Below are positions 1 to 13,100 of a stretch of DNA of 64,000 nucleotides, piece by piece. The stretch comes from Setoptus koraiensis (Eukaryota; Animalia; Arthropoda): positions 15,314,001-15,378,000 of the forward strand of contig CM106586.1 of the NCBI GenBank assembly GCA_048013815.1. The letters run 5' to 3'. The notes under the pieces are model-generated. The model saw only the letters and a list, made by a program, of their open reading frames with translations, ran no database searches and was not told where the DNA came from. Made by a program: the position numbers and the translations under genes. How positions within the stretch are numbered: the first letter of the stretch is position 1; every line of letters begins with the position of its first letter.

Positions 1-965
1 TAATTTTGATTGATAGCTGCTAGGTTGTTTGGTGTCGGCGATATAATAAAAGGAGTTGTAGTAGTTGTTGTTGTTTTATCGTCACAAGACGAAGACGATC
101 TAGTAGACGTTGTTGAGTCTTGATTATGATTATGGTGAAGATTATGATTATTATGATGATGTTGCTGTTGATAATGTTGGTGCGAGCTTGCAGCTGTTGG
201 TAATGATGTTTGGCCAACAATGTTGATATCTTGATGATTTAATTGTGTTGTCGTTCTACTATTGACATTTGTTGTTGTGACGGTGTTTGAATTAGCTGCT
301 GCTGCTGTTATTGGCCCTAAAGATGGCGTAATATAGGGTGAAGTGTGATGGGCAGGATGATGAGCTTGGTGATTGTTGTGTAGATGATGGTGATGCTGAT
401 GTGGATTTAGGTGTGGTGGTTGCTGTTGATTGGGTTGATGTTGTTGGTGGTGTGATTGGTGTTGGTGGTGGTGTTGTTGTTGCTGCTGTTGTTGATGATT
501 GAGGTGTTGTGCATGAAGCGAATGTTGTTGGTTGGCTGGATGGTGGATGCCATTGTTGATATTGTTGATGATAGCACTGTTGGTAGTATTGTAATTATTA
601 TTATTATTGTTGTTGTTGTTGTTGTGATTTGTTGTGGTTGGCGTGGTGGCCGTAGTTGAGTTTGGGGCCTGCTTTTGGGCCTGTTTCGATTGCCTCTTGA
701 TGGCGCACTGATACTCGGGCACAACACATTCGGGCCTCATTCCAACAGTGAGACACTTCTTGAGTCGACACTCTTGGCATTTCCTTCTCATGTACATGTC
801 AATCTCACATTTGTTTCCATATTTGCACGTATATTGATTGTTTTTAGTGATGGATCGCCTGAAAAAGCCCTTGCATCCCTCGCAGGTGAGCGCATTATAA
901 TGGTAGCCGCTGGCCCTGTCGCCGCATACGAGGCACAGCTCCTCTTGTTGCCTGGTGTCGGTCAT
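1..965 (-). CDS. EcR: Ecdysone receptor (NR1H1), partial: DNA-binding domain plus expanded hinge; continues off the left edge
   Basis: Manual translation from ATG 965: [105 protein letters not shown]. This is the two-C4-zinc-finger DBD with the EcR-type CEGCKG P-box and T-box. The frame stays open to position 3. The first upstream in-frame stop is TAG at 1061-1059. Absent from the ORF track because no stop occurs within the window. Confidence 0.97.
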   Translation of the reverse strand, partial: MTDTRQQEELCLVCGDRASGYHYNALTCEGCKGFFRRSITKNNQYTCKYGNKCEIDMYMRRKCQECRLKKCLTVGMRPECVVPEYQCAIKRQSKQAQKQAPNSTTATTPTTTNHNNNNNNNNNNYNTTNSAIINNINNGIHHPANQQHSLHAQHLNHQQQQQQQHHHQHQSHHQQHQPNQQQPPHLNPHQHHHHLHNNHQAHHPAHHTSPYITPSLGPITAAAANSNTVTTTNVNSRTTTQLNHQDINIVGQTSLPTAASSHQHYQQQHHHNNHNLHHNHNQDSTTSTRSSSSCDDKTTTTTTTPFIISPTPNNLAAINQN

Positions 966-1996
966 GCTTGTTTGCGTATGCTGATATCGCGGATATATGT
1001 GATTGGTTGTGTTGTTGGTGTCGTCGTTGTTGGTGTGAGATTGTTGTTGTTGTTTTTTCTATTGTTTGTACTTTGTAAATTGTTAAAAGTTGAAAAATTG
1101 AAAAAAAGTTGTCAAAAATGGTGCTGCTGCTGCTGCACTGTGTGCGTTTCTGCGCGTCTCTTGTTGAGTTGGGTGTCGATGGTGGCGACGGTGGTGTGGC
1201 AATAATACGAGGATGATCGGTTATAACAATTGCAACAACAAAAACTTGTATAAACGGCAATCATAATTCTCTGGTTTGTGACGCAATATGTTGTAACGAA
1301 TTGGCTCTTCGTTTCTTTATTCGATTTGCTTGTTTCATCGACTGCTCACTGTTGGTTGTTTCATCGATTTGTGGCTGCCAAATGCTTGTTGTTTGGTCGA
1401 TTTTGAATTGATACACGATTGCGAGTTGATACACGATTGCTAGCTGATACGCGATTGCTGGCTGATCTGGCTGGTTGGTGTGTCGACGAGGCCGGGAGTC
1501 GCGGCCGGCCCAACGAGAGGCGAATTGGATTAAATTAATGATATTATATAAATTAATAATAACGACGAAATAATGATAATATTAATAGAAATGGTTGCTT
1601 GCTCGGCGGTAGCGGCACTGCAATGAATTTGTAGCTCAACTCAACTCAACTCAACTCAACTAACAAAGTTCGCTTGTGTGTGCGCTGATAAAATTCGATT
1701 GTTCTGCTAGTTTGTCGCTGCTGTCTGTTGCTGCTGTTTGTTCGATGATCGTATATTCGATGATCAAATCATTCGATCGTCGTCGTTCGATCCACTCGCT
1801 AGGCTAGCGAACTAATACTGTCTCACTGAAAATGTATGAGAGCGCGCGCTCTGGGTTCACTTTGATGTCGTTGCTCGCCAACAAACTCTGACTGTGACTG
1901 GCTGTGTGTGTGTGTGATATAAGTTGAAACGACGACGCCAACCACTTTCAAGGTCCTTCGCTCGCTCACTCGCTTACTATTCAACACTAACCATTG

Positions 1997-2030
<34 letters not shown>

Positions 2031-4884
2031 CTATGTGGGCGCATGTGGTGCTGTGTGTACAGTGTGGCGCTCGCAAAGCGGCTGCGATGGTGCTGGCGGC
2101 GCACAGTGGTGCGCACCGCCAGCACACTGCGTGTGTGTACAGTGCACTGCTGCAGTGCTGTGCTGGCAGTGCACTGCTGTGTGTGTGCACAGTGCGCGTC
2201 TGCAACAGTCGAATCGTGCTTAGAGCCTCCACTAGAGCTGGCTGCGGATAAGCTTGTGCCAGCACTCATGGTGCCTACTACAGTGCAGTGCCTACAGTGC
2301 GGCAGTGTGGTGCGCGGTGCAGTGTGTACAGTGCGACTGAGTGGTGCGCGCGGTGCAGTGCGCTGTGTGGTGTGCAGTGGAGAAAAATGAGAGATAAAAT
2401 GTTCGCTGGTGCAGCAGTGCTGCACACACAGTGGAACGGTGGCGGCAGCGGTGGTGCAGGGCAAGAAGCCTTCACTTATAAATAGAAGCCACAACACACA
2501 CGCACACGCACACACACACACACACACACACTGGCACACGGCACACTCAATTGTAGCTGGCTGGGCGCGACTGGCCGCTCGTCGTGTCCGCCACACTGGC
2601 TGCCGGCTGCGCAGCTCGCCCAAAGTGGCACAGCCGAAAGTGGCACAAGCTTGTCTGGGTGCGCAGCCAGCGGTAGGCAGCGAGTCGGGCGGCGAAACAA
2701 GCAGCGAGCAGTCAGGCAGCCAGACCAACAGCCAGACAAACGGCTGGCACTGCAACAGCGACAGACAGACAGACAGCGAAACTAAACGAACTGTGAAGAG
2801 CGGCCACAAAGGGTAAAACAACAACAACAGCAACAACAACAACAACAACGCGATTAGTGGCAGCAAATTGAGAAAGTGATTAAATGGGAATGAAAACAAG
2901 AATAAAAATAAATAACGACTTGTGTGTGTGGCAACGCTGCCAGTGCAAAAAGCGCAAAAAGTGAGCAGCGAAAAATCATTACATGACATCATCATGTACC
3001 AATTTGATTCATGGGCGCAACGCACACACACACACACACGCGGGCTGCCATTTCGCCATTACGCCATTATCGTCGTTTCCAGTTGTCGTCCTGCCGTCGC
3101 TTCCTGCGTCCGCCCGCGCCTGCCGTGCCTGTCCGCCGTCCTGCCGGCCGTCCTGCCCGGCTGCCTGCCGGTCTGTGACAGACTCGCAGTCTGTCTGGCG
3201 GCCCGTTCGTCTGCGGCCCTGTCGCGGCGTCTACGTACGCGCTCGCCCGCTGCACGCTCGGCGCCGCAGTCTGCAGACAGCAGCGCACGTACTCGCGGCC
3301 CGGAATCGGTGCGGCGCGGCGCGCCGGAGTCTATAAAGGCTCGACCTTGGGCGACCCCGCCAGCAGCCAGCCAGCCAGCAGCCAGCCAGTCAGCGGCCGG
3401 CCAGACGGTGCTCGTGCCACACTATCGGGCGCGACAGCGAGAATGCGGGCTCCGTTGCCGCGCTCACGCGCACTGACAGTGAGCGCACTGACAGTGTGCG
3501 TCACAACATCATAGAGTGGCTGGCCAACTCGAGCTCGGCGCTGGGTCGTCGACGCTCGACAGACTCGTTGAACAGACTGTGTTGAACAGAGTCTGTTCGA
3601 CAGAGATCGCTATCGCTCGATGCGTAGCACAGATTCCGAGCCAGCATACGCCGGTGCACTGCCAGTGTGCTGTTGTGAGTGTAGCCGCGATCCACTGGCG
3701 CACTCGCGCGCACCGTCAGCGCACTGCCGAGCGTGAGTGCCACTAGCGACTAGCAGTTTATCGAGCTCAAGGTCTTGCCAAATGCACTGTGAGTGTGTGC
3801 GACGCAACAAGACCGGGGAATTTTCGCGATTCCAGCGAGATTGCCATCGGCTGCACGGCGCACTGACTGCTGGCTGGCTGGCTCACACAGTGAGCCACAG
3901 CCAGCCAGACAGCAGTGTAGACGGAGAGCGGTGCATCGGGCGCACTGTCTGGGCGCACGCAGTGCGCTAAATGGCACATTTGGTGCCTAGATGGAGGGCA
4001 CGTTATGTAAGCCAGGCGCTGCGTACTGTTGCGTAATGTGCACCATGCACTGTTGCTCGGTGCCACAGTGCACGCCAGACAGTGAGTGGCACACATTGAG
4101 CGAGCGACGCCACACCAAGCGACGCCGCAGCCAGCGAGACAACGAGACAGCGAGTCGGAAGCGCTCACTTGTGCGCCATAACTCGATAAGCCTCGACCTA
4201 TCCTCGCTCCAGTATCGGCCCTCCTCCATCCAGCGGCCCGGCTGCCAAGACGCGATCTAGATAAGGTTTAATGTAACCTTGTCTGCGAGTTTGTTTGTGT
4301 TCGGCGAGCCCGAAAGGTTGCCGCTGTCGCTGTTGGCGCTGTTGTTGTTGCTGTTGTTGCTGTCGCTGTTGTTGCTGTTGGCGTCGCGAACGGGGACGGG
4401 AGTGCGTTTCAATTTGTTTGCGGCTCGATGGAAGCCAGAGGCGAGCATCTTGCTCTTGTATGCGTTTTTTCACTTTCAACAAACTGCGCCAGCCAAGCGA
4501 CGCTGAAGCAGCCAGAAACTGCCGCACGGGCACCGCTTGCCATAGCGCACCCACTCGGCCAACTTACGCAAGTGTGAGTGTGCACTATAAGGTTAGCTTA
4601 TAAGGCTGCAGTGACGCAACTCGGCTCGGCGTATCTAGGCCACACAAGACAGACCTAGATTTCGGTGGCGAGCGAAAGTGAGCATGGCGCCGACATGCAG
4701 CGCCACAACCTTAGCCTCTGTCGCTGTTTGCACAGTTAATTTCGCACACACACACACTCTCACTGTCGTCGCACAGTGAAAGTATCGTGCGACCTGGAAT
4801 GGTCGCGTAATCGGCGGGCACCATCAGTTTATGAGTGTCTGTAACTTGCACTGTGAGTAACTGTATCGGTGTCGGCTCGCACTC

Positions 4885-4932
4885 GCCGTGGCATTAGCCG
4901 TGGCATTAGCCGTGGCATTAGCCGTGGCATTT
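4885..4932. repeat. 12-bp tandem repeat (GCCGTGGCATTA) x4
   Basis: Read directly from the sequence. Confidence 0.9.
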
Positions 4933-7042
4933 GCACTCGGGCCGCGGGCCGCGGTCCGCCGATCGCCGCTGGCCAACGACCACCGGCCAACAGCGACCGG
5001 CCGAGCGAGGCACTTAGGCGACGCAATTAGCCTACAATGAAATGGGCGCTAATGCCGCCCGTGCTCGTGCACACAGCTCGGGCACGAGCACGAGCTCGCT
5101 CGCAGTGCGGCGGTCACATCACTGTGCGGCGCCACCGCGAGCTGCACATCGTAATCCGGCCACCCGTTCGCCCGGCTTGCAGGCGGCGCGTTGCACAGCC
5201 AACACAGAATGAACTTGCCCGACGGCCTTGAACTCGCCTCGTAGGGCGCCTGCGCGGCCCCCAATCAACCCCGGCCCCACAAGGGCGCCCGCCTTTGTGC
5301 GGCAGGGGCGCGCGCGTGCCAAGGTGAGCGGCTCGCAATTCGGGCTTCGGGTGCGTCGCGCGGCCAGTTGTTTGTGGCGCGCGTTGTTTGCGTTGTCGCG
5401 AACGAGCCAGTACCTGCTGGCGCTTGTTATGTAACACACACACACACAGTTACTTGATATAGCGCAGACACAAAGCGTTGCGCTATATCGAGTGCCGCAG
5501 CGCCAGCCAGCGAAAAAGAGCACGCCAAAGAGCGAAAAGAGGTCAAACGCGTCTTTGGCGCTCCCCTTGGCCCTGGCGCGCGGCGCAAGCGCCCACGCCG
5601 CGCACATAAGCCGCGTATATGGTATATGCCTCCTATGCGTGCCGTGCTCTCGATTTGGCCTCTATATACGGGCCCCCGATATGGCGTCTGTGTACGGGCG
5701 TCTGCATAGGGCGTCCATGTACGGGCTCCGCATAGGGCGTCTGCACGGGCGTCTGTACGCGCTCTGTACGCGCTCTGGACACGGCGTCTGGAAGCGCCGG
5801 CCAGCAGTTAGTTAGCGAATTGGCGAGGCCCGCTTTGGCGCTTTCAACGAGGCGCCGAGCAAATAACGTGACGCGAATATCTGCCAATCAACAAACCTCT
5901 ACACTGTTGTCCGGCACGCGCTGCACTTCACCTGTGGGTGCGCGTGCCATTTTTGTACCTGTACGCGCCACACGACACTGCAATGTGTGTGTGTGTGTGT
6001 TCCTATTCCGACAGAGCGAGTGTGTTCTTTTGATTTGATTCACTTCACGGCCGCTCCATATGCCGTGTGCCGATATCATTGTCGTGCCAAACACACAATC
6101 ATACCCAGACGCGCTCGGCCAGTCGCCCAGAAACTCAATTTATAATGCCGTTTTATTGTGTTGCGTAACTGTGCAACGTGCATATTGTGTGTTATTGTCG
6201 GCGCACACACACACACACACACTCAGCGACGACAAACGGGCACGCGAGTGCCCACGACAAACAACCGACTGGCGATAGCTGACGGCCGGACAGCGTGACA
6301 CTGACACTGGGCTCTCGAGCGGGCTCGCTCGTTGCGCAACGCCGTCTCTCATTAATGGTGGCGCTCTCAAATTACCGCTCTGTGACACGCAGTCTGTGTG
6401 CCCGTAAAGTGTTAATTTGAGTTGACAGCGCAGTGTGCCTCATTTGCACTCGCATCTATGCGCTCTGTCTATCGCCGTTTTGCTACGTAATGCTGGCCGT
6501 TTTGCTATGTAAGGCTCGCTGTCGCGCTATGTGAGGCCCGTCGCGAGTGTGCAAGGTCGCCATATAGCACGCCGTTGTGTGGACATTGCGCCCGGCGTGT
6601 TGTTTTTTGTCGTCGCCGTCGATGTCGCGTCACCGTCGAGCTACGTGAACGTTGCCGGCCACGCTCGCGCGGGCCAAACCCGCGCCAGGTGACCGCTGCC
6701 GCATGCAGCGATCAGGCCGATCGAACGGGCCGGTCGTCGGCTCGCTCTGGCAACTGTGCATTCTCGCAATAGATCGGGCCTGTTATTGCTATCGGGCTAA
6801 TACGCCACTCGGCATAGCATGCGTTTCATTATTATTATTATTATATTAGCGCTCGCTCGATTCTTGCCGCGTTGCGCACGTTGCGTCATCTCACAAATCC
6901 CGCTGCCAATCTCGTTGGGCTCTCCGTTGAGCCAGCCAGCGGGTCGCTGTTGGCGGCTGGCTGGGCCGATTTAAACAATTTCCAATGCAATTAACGTAAC
7001 TGTGCGGCGCATGACGCGCGACGTGCGCCTCTGCCAGAAATG

Positions 7043-7145
7043 GCCTCAGTGTGCCTCTGTGCGCGCCTCTGATAGAAGTAGCCTCAGTGTGCCTCTGTGT
7101 GCGCCTCTGATAGAAGTAGCCTCAGCGTGCCACTGTGCGCGCCTC
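7043..7145. repeat. 38-bp minisatellite, ~2.7 copies
   Basis: Unit GCCTCAGTGTGCCTCTGTGCGCGCCTCTGATAGAAGTA at 7043-7080 and 7081-7118 (1 mismatch), with a partial third copy. No spacers. Confidence 0.9.
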
Positions 7146-10100
7146 GCCGGCAACCTTGGCGCGCAGAGCTGGGCGCCGCGAGCTCGCCAAGAGCGCGCGA
7201 GTGTGCCGAAGTGCGTGCCGGTGTGAGTAGACTGGCTTGCCAATGGCGCACAGTGTCACAGTTGAGCCGTGTGTGCCATCAACCTTGGCGGTGCGCCATT
7301 GGTTGTTGCACGCACGCGCCGTGCATAGGTGACTCGATGCAAGATGTTTTTTGTGTAGCCGCGGCATTATTATAATCATGTGAACTTCAACTGTTCGCCT
7401 GTCGACTGTTCAACTGGTCGACTGTTCAACTGTTCGCCCATTGGCAACTGTTGTCGCCAATTGTGGGCGAGCGCGGCGGGCTGTCTGGCCGTTCGCGCAC
7501 AGCGCCGCGTGCGCCTGTCGGCGTGGTGCGTGCCGCTCGCGCGCCACTGTGTGCTGAGACATTGTGATTAGGCCAGGCACGGTTAGGCGAGGCTGGCAAG
7601 ACCGCCAAGAGCGCCAACTGTGCCAGTGGCGGCCGGGGTGTGCGCATGTGCGCGTTTGGCGTGTGTCAGAGCGCGCAGATTGGCCCCATTCAAGTGGGCG
7701 GCAACATTAAGGGCGCGTTGACCCGTCTGTACGGCGTGACCTTGAAGTTGCGTGTGTCGCTGTTGTGTGTCGTTGTTGTTATATCATCTATGCGTACGAC
7801 ACAAGCGAGCGCATATAGAAAGTGGCTTACAGAGAGCGAGCGAGCGAGCGAGAGTGCGACAGTGGAAAAAGCAGCAACTTGCCCGTGTGTCCGCTCAAAC
7901 ACGCTATTTGTGTGTGTGCGTGCGTGTGTGCGTGTGTGCGAGTTGCGCAACAATAAGCGCACACACACACGCACGCACACAAACTGCGAGCCAGGCCCCG
8001 GTGGCGGCATCTGGCGGCTCGCCTAACCAGAGCTGTCTCGCCAGAGCTGGCTGATGAACTTTGCGGCCGCAACAGCGACATCAACAACATCGACGCCGAC
8101 GACAGCGACACCGACGACACCGACACCGACGACCGACAGCAACAGGCCAATTACTGGCAATGGCGTGCCAATAATCCCGGCGGCAATGCGTTGATGCGCG
8201 CCGACTGTATTTAAACGTATTTATACGTATAAATACAAACGTATACAAACGTATGTATAAATAATCGCATTTCGCTAATGCCAGCCACGCAATTCGCTGT
8301 GTGTGTGTCGTGTATCGCTCGTTGTTGTGTGCTCTTACATAATCCTCGCTCACACAGTCGCTTTATGGCCGACGAGACAACATCGGCGGCGCCAGTGTCA
8401 GTGCGCGCGCCATGTCACCTGGGCCAGCAGCTGCCAACACCGACAGGTAGTCGTCGGCGGGTAGTCGCCGCCGGTCGACTCAGGTAGGGGCACGGACACG
8501 CACGGGCCCGCGACACGAGCCGGCATAGCGTGGGCACAATGCGGGCGCCATGGGGGCATTATGCGGTACTATGCATAATGCCCCATGGCATTACGATTAT
8601 TACGATGAGGGCGCGATGGGGGCGCGATACATTGCAACATGGGCACAGTTTCATGGCGCACAATGTTCAACATGTTATGTCACATAGACCGTGTGACATA
8701 ACACACAGTGTTAATAACACTGTGCCGGTAACACACACACACACACACGCACGCCACCGAGTACAGCGGCCACTGAAAAAACGACGCAATTGATGCAATA
8801 TAAACCCGATATAAACGCGACACAAATGCGATACAAACGCGATACAAATGCAACGCAAATGCAATATAACTGCAGTATAAATGCGGTGCAATAATTGGCG
8901 TCTCGGCGATCGTGTGCTCGGGATTGCGTCGGCGAACCGGAGCACAGGTTAATAGCGCGATGGCCATGTACGGGCCGCAGTGGCGTCAGTCGGACACTTG
9001 GCCGCGCTACACTTAGTGTAACACAGTGTGACAGTGTGCCACCACCGTTTACACTGGCAAGCTTGTATTGGGAGCAACGTCGTGGCCGGCAAGCGGCACA
9101 ATTGCGTAATGTCGTAGTGGCGCAATGTCGTTGTGGTGTTGTGACGTTGTGAAGCTGTGGCGTTGCGCCATTACGACATTACGACATTGCGACATTGCGA
9201 CATTGCGACATTACGCAAGGTGGCCGGCAAGCGGCATATCGCACAGCGATGCAGCACATTGTCGCTCACGACCGATTCGGCGTGTCGGACACGGTGAGCG
9301 GCGGCGCATAGTCTATGAGGCACACGGTCGCCCGATGGCCGGTGCGGGCGCCCACGAATGGCAAGCAGCATGTTTGCAACCGTATGACACCGTATGATCC
9401 TATTTGCGATGGCTGTGGCTCGCCCAATGCCAGCAGCCACGATAATGGCAGCAACAACGATAATAATAATGGCAATGGCAATGGCGATAATAATGGTGCC
9501 AATGATAACATGATAAATCGCTGGGCCGTTGGCGTCGTCGCACAACAAATACAGTGTACACACAGTGCAAACAGTAAATAGTAATACTATGATACTATGA
9601 TAGTAATGTCCAATTGGCGCTGGCGGTCTTGCCAGCGACATTCCTGTGGCAAGACCGACGCCAGCACAGGGCAAACAAGTGCGCCGCAAACAGCGATGAC
9701 GCCACTGTTTGTCGGCGCACAAGGCTGCCGCTTGTTGCCCAGTCATTATGTAATTGCAATGCATCATTACGATGCCTTGCGAATAGATTGCCCTTGCGGT
9801 CGCTCGCCGGCCTAAGCTCTAACTAACAGGCGCTCTCGGCAGTGAGCGACCGTCATGGGTCTCGCCGGCGAGCGGTCGTCATTGGTTTGGCCAGTGGGCG
9901 GCCGTGAGCGCTCTCAGCGGCGTGAGCGGCCGGCCCGGCGCCGGCGAGCCAGCGCTAATTGAAATCGCTTGTGTGCGCCACTAAAACAAACAAGCGGCAA
10001 CAAGTGGTGGCCAACTGAACCAGCGACACAATTATTTATGAGCGCCGTTTATGGCCCGGCCATAATGGCCGTGCCGGCCCGGCCGCTATCAGCGCTCGCA

Positions 10101-13100
10101 TCTGGGCCGGCCGGCACGGTCAGCGGCACCGTCAGCGGCTCGGCGCGAGCGTCGCCGGCATCCAGCGCGGCGTCTCGGCGCGATCCGCAGCGGCCTTGAG
10201 GCCGGCGAGTCGCACATTTGTGGCCCGTCGCGCCTGTGCATGTCTGTCTGTGTCTGCACATATCTGTTTATATCTGAAATATCCGTTTGTATCCATTTGT
10301 ATCTGTTTGTATCCGCGTGTATCTGCGTGTATCTGCATCACACCGTCGGTGCGCATTTATGTTGGCGCTCGCCACGCCAACTGATGCGCGCCATTACGCA
10401 AGCGCTGACAAATGATCTGTCGCACCTGTCGCTCGGTGTCGCCGTAACTAGTGCAACCGGTCGCCGGCCAATGTCACTGTTGTCGGCGTTGCCGATGTCA
10501 CTGTTGTCGGCCATGTCGGCTGCCAATGGCAACACAGTTTGCGAGCCGGCATCGCACACCGGCCAGCGCAACAAGTTACGAGTGACGTAATGTCGTTGGC
10601 ATAAAATGTGTGCCACTGGCAGCACACATTTTATCGCAGCTCATGTCGTCTCCACTGCCGACCGATAATGACAGTCTCGCCGGCCAGTGGTCAGCGCACT
10701 GGCATGAGCGGTCGTACCTGTTGCTGGTTTTTGTCACGGCCGTGTGCTGCTGCCTGCCTGTCGCTGTTGTGCGTTGTGGTCTCATTCGGCCGACGCTGGG
10801 ATCGTTACCCGGCTGCCGTCGGCCCGTCCACTCGATCGGCCGCGTCGGCCCGTCCACTCGATCGGCGCCCGATAACGCTCGCGCCCCATTCACACATCGG
10901 GCCGGTTCAATTGGATAGCCGACAGCCTTTCGAGCGGCAGCATCGCTGCCGCTGAATTATCGCTGCTGCCGAACTGGTGGCACCGGCAGTGGACGGCCGA
11001 CCGACCGACTGACCGACCGACTGTCAGGCAGACTGACCGACCGATCGGCCGGCCGGCCAACTGACCAACTGACCAACTGACCAGTGGACCGGTTGACCAG
11101 CTGACTCACACGGCTGGCACAATGTGTGCGCTCGCTGTGCCGACAGTGCATAGATGCCGCCTGCCAGTGTGTCACTGGCGCCAGCATCACTTCCACGTTT
11201 ACATCCGCTTTGGCGCTGGACGCTCGCACCGTTACCGTGCGTTGTCATCTGTTGTTTGTGTGTCATGCGAACACACATAATGTTTGCAACATTCGCCAGC
11301 CGGTCACCGCAACACAACACTGCAACACAACAGCACTGCGACACAACAGTGCAGCACTACAACACTGCACCGCGATGCCACAATGGTGCTGCGACCGCTG
11401 GCGCACCGGCCATTGACAAAGCGCCAGTTGTTCGGCACCGTTCGACGGGGTTCGACGTTCGACGGCGTTCGAAGTTCGGCGTTCGATGTGCGGCGGCAGC
11501 GTCGCGCTGCGAGACGCATTCGGCGGCCGGAGGCGACCGGCTAGGGTTGGCGTGCGCAAAGAGCGCCAGCGGCCGCCGAACGCGCACCGGTGCACCGGTG
11601 CGCCGGCCGAACCGGTGCTCCTCTCTCTCTCTCGCTCTCTCGGGCTTCCCTCGTGCCGGTGCCGGCGCGAGCGGGCAGCAACGCGAGAGAGGCCAGTGAG
11701 CAAAGGTGCAAGGGTGACAGGCAGGAAACGGAGCGTTGGATTAGCCGAACGGCGCAGGGCGCCGATGAATCATGTTCGCGAATGTGCGCTCGAACCGCGA
11801 ATTGCGAATCGATTTGCGTGCGATGGTCGGACTGCGATGCGGCCACACTGCCGACGGAGCCCGCGTCCGATGCGGATCCGACGCGATCGCCGCTCGAATG
11901 TTCGCCGGCGTTCGCTGGTGTTCGCCGGCGTTCGCTGGTGTTCGGCGATGCTCGCCGACGCTCGGACGGCCACGAGACGCGAACGCGGCCGCATAATGGA
12001 AGAGTTTCGATTCTTGCGACGCGCCGAGCCTATTCTTGGCCACTTCTTTTCATCGCAATTCAATTGTTCCTCGAGTGCGCTCGAGTTGCTGCCGCTGGTG
12101 TCGTCGCCGGTGTCGTCGCTGGTGCTGCCGTCGCTGGTGTCGCCAAACAAGCGGCAGATATGCCAGATATAGCAGATATCGACAGTGCATAGACAACAAT
12201 AATTGTGCGCCAGACGCACATGGCGCATTGTGAATCACAATTTGTGATTCACAAGCGCACAAGCGGCTTAGGCTAAATTTAGCCCGCTTGACCACTGGTC
12301 ACGCCGGACCGAGACAACGGCGGCGAGCGTCAGCTGAGCGCCGGCCGGCCGGCCGGCCCTTCAGCCCCTCGGCCGTTTGGCGTTGGTGTGGTGCGCGTTT
12401 GCAGCGGGCGATCGGCGGCGGGCAGCGGCCAATTGGCGGCCGGCGGCCGGCAGTGCAAACAATGGCCAATGCACGCACTGGCCAAACCTTTGTGTGCGCT
12501 GCTGACCATTGCGATGGAGCAGCGTCCAAAGGCATCGTAAGCTGATGCGCTGAAGCACTGTCCACCCGACAACAAAAACAGCAAAAACAACAACAGCAGC
12601 AACTTTCACTTTACGCCCCTTGTTTATCACTTGTCACTTAGCGGCATGATTCATGGACGCGCTCAGACCGCTCCGGCCGGCCGGCAGCAAGGCCAAGGTT
12701 GTTGTGCGCCGTGCAACCCGCGAGAGGCAACCCTTTCCATTTCGGGCTTGTTTGCCCGGCTTGTTTGCTCGTCTTGTTTGCCCGGCTCATTGTCCGCCAG
12801 CGACGACAACGACAACAGCGACAACAACGACAACAACGCCAAGGTCAGCAAACACGCCAACCGATGCCAGTGCAACTGGTGCCCATCAGCTGTTGAGTTG
12901 CGGCCAGCGGCCGAATAGTGACAAAGCTGCCCGGAAGTGGCACGGAATGTGCAGCGATGAAAACGCATGCGTTCTTTTCGGTGTGCACGAGCGACTCGCT
13001 GAGGCCATTTTGGCAGGCGACCAGGCACGCCAAAAGGGCCAAACGAGCGATCGGTGAGGCGCAATTGTTCAAACGGATCGTCCGTGCGAACGCGCGTCCA

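Noticed and set aside
675-1205. 176-aa plus-strand ORF (and 456..659)
   Set aside because: Antisense shadow of the EcR coding sequence.
1823-3037. 404-aa minus ORF and many overlapping C/V/H/T-rich ORFs
   Set aside because: Produced by (TG)n and CAGTG/CACTG low-complexity DNA with few stop codons; no domain and no coherent codon signal.
7043-7145. 38-bp repeats as a possible CRISPR array
   Set aside because: Head-to-tail copies with no spacers, no cas genes, eukaryotic context.
11440-11490. Cluster of GTTCGA motifs resembling tRNA T-loops
   Set aside because: Local tandem micro-duplications; no cloverleaf or A-box could be built.
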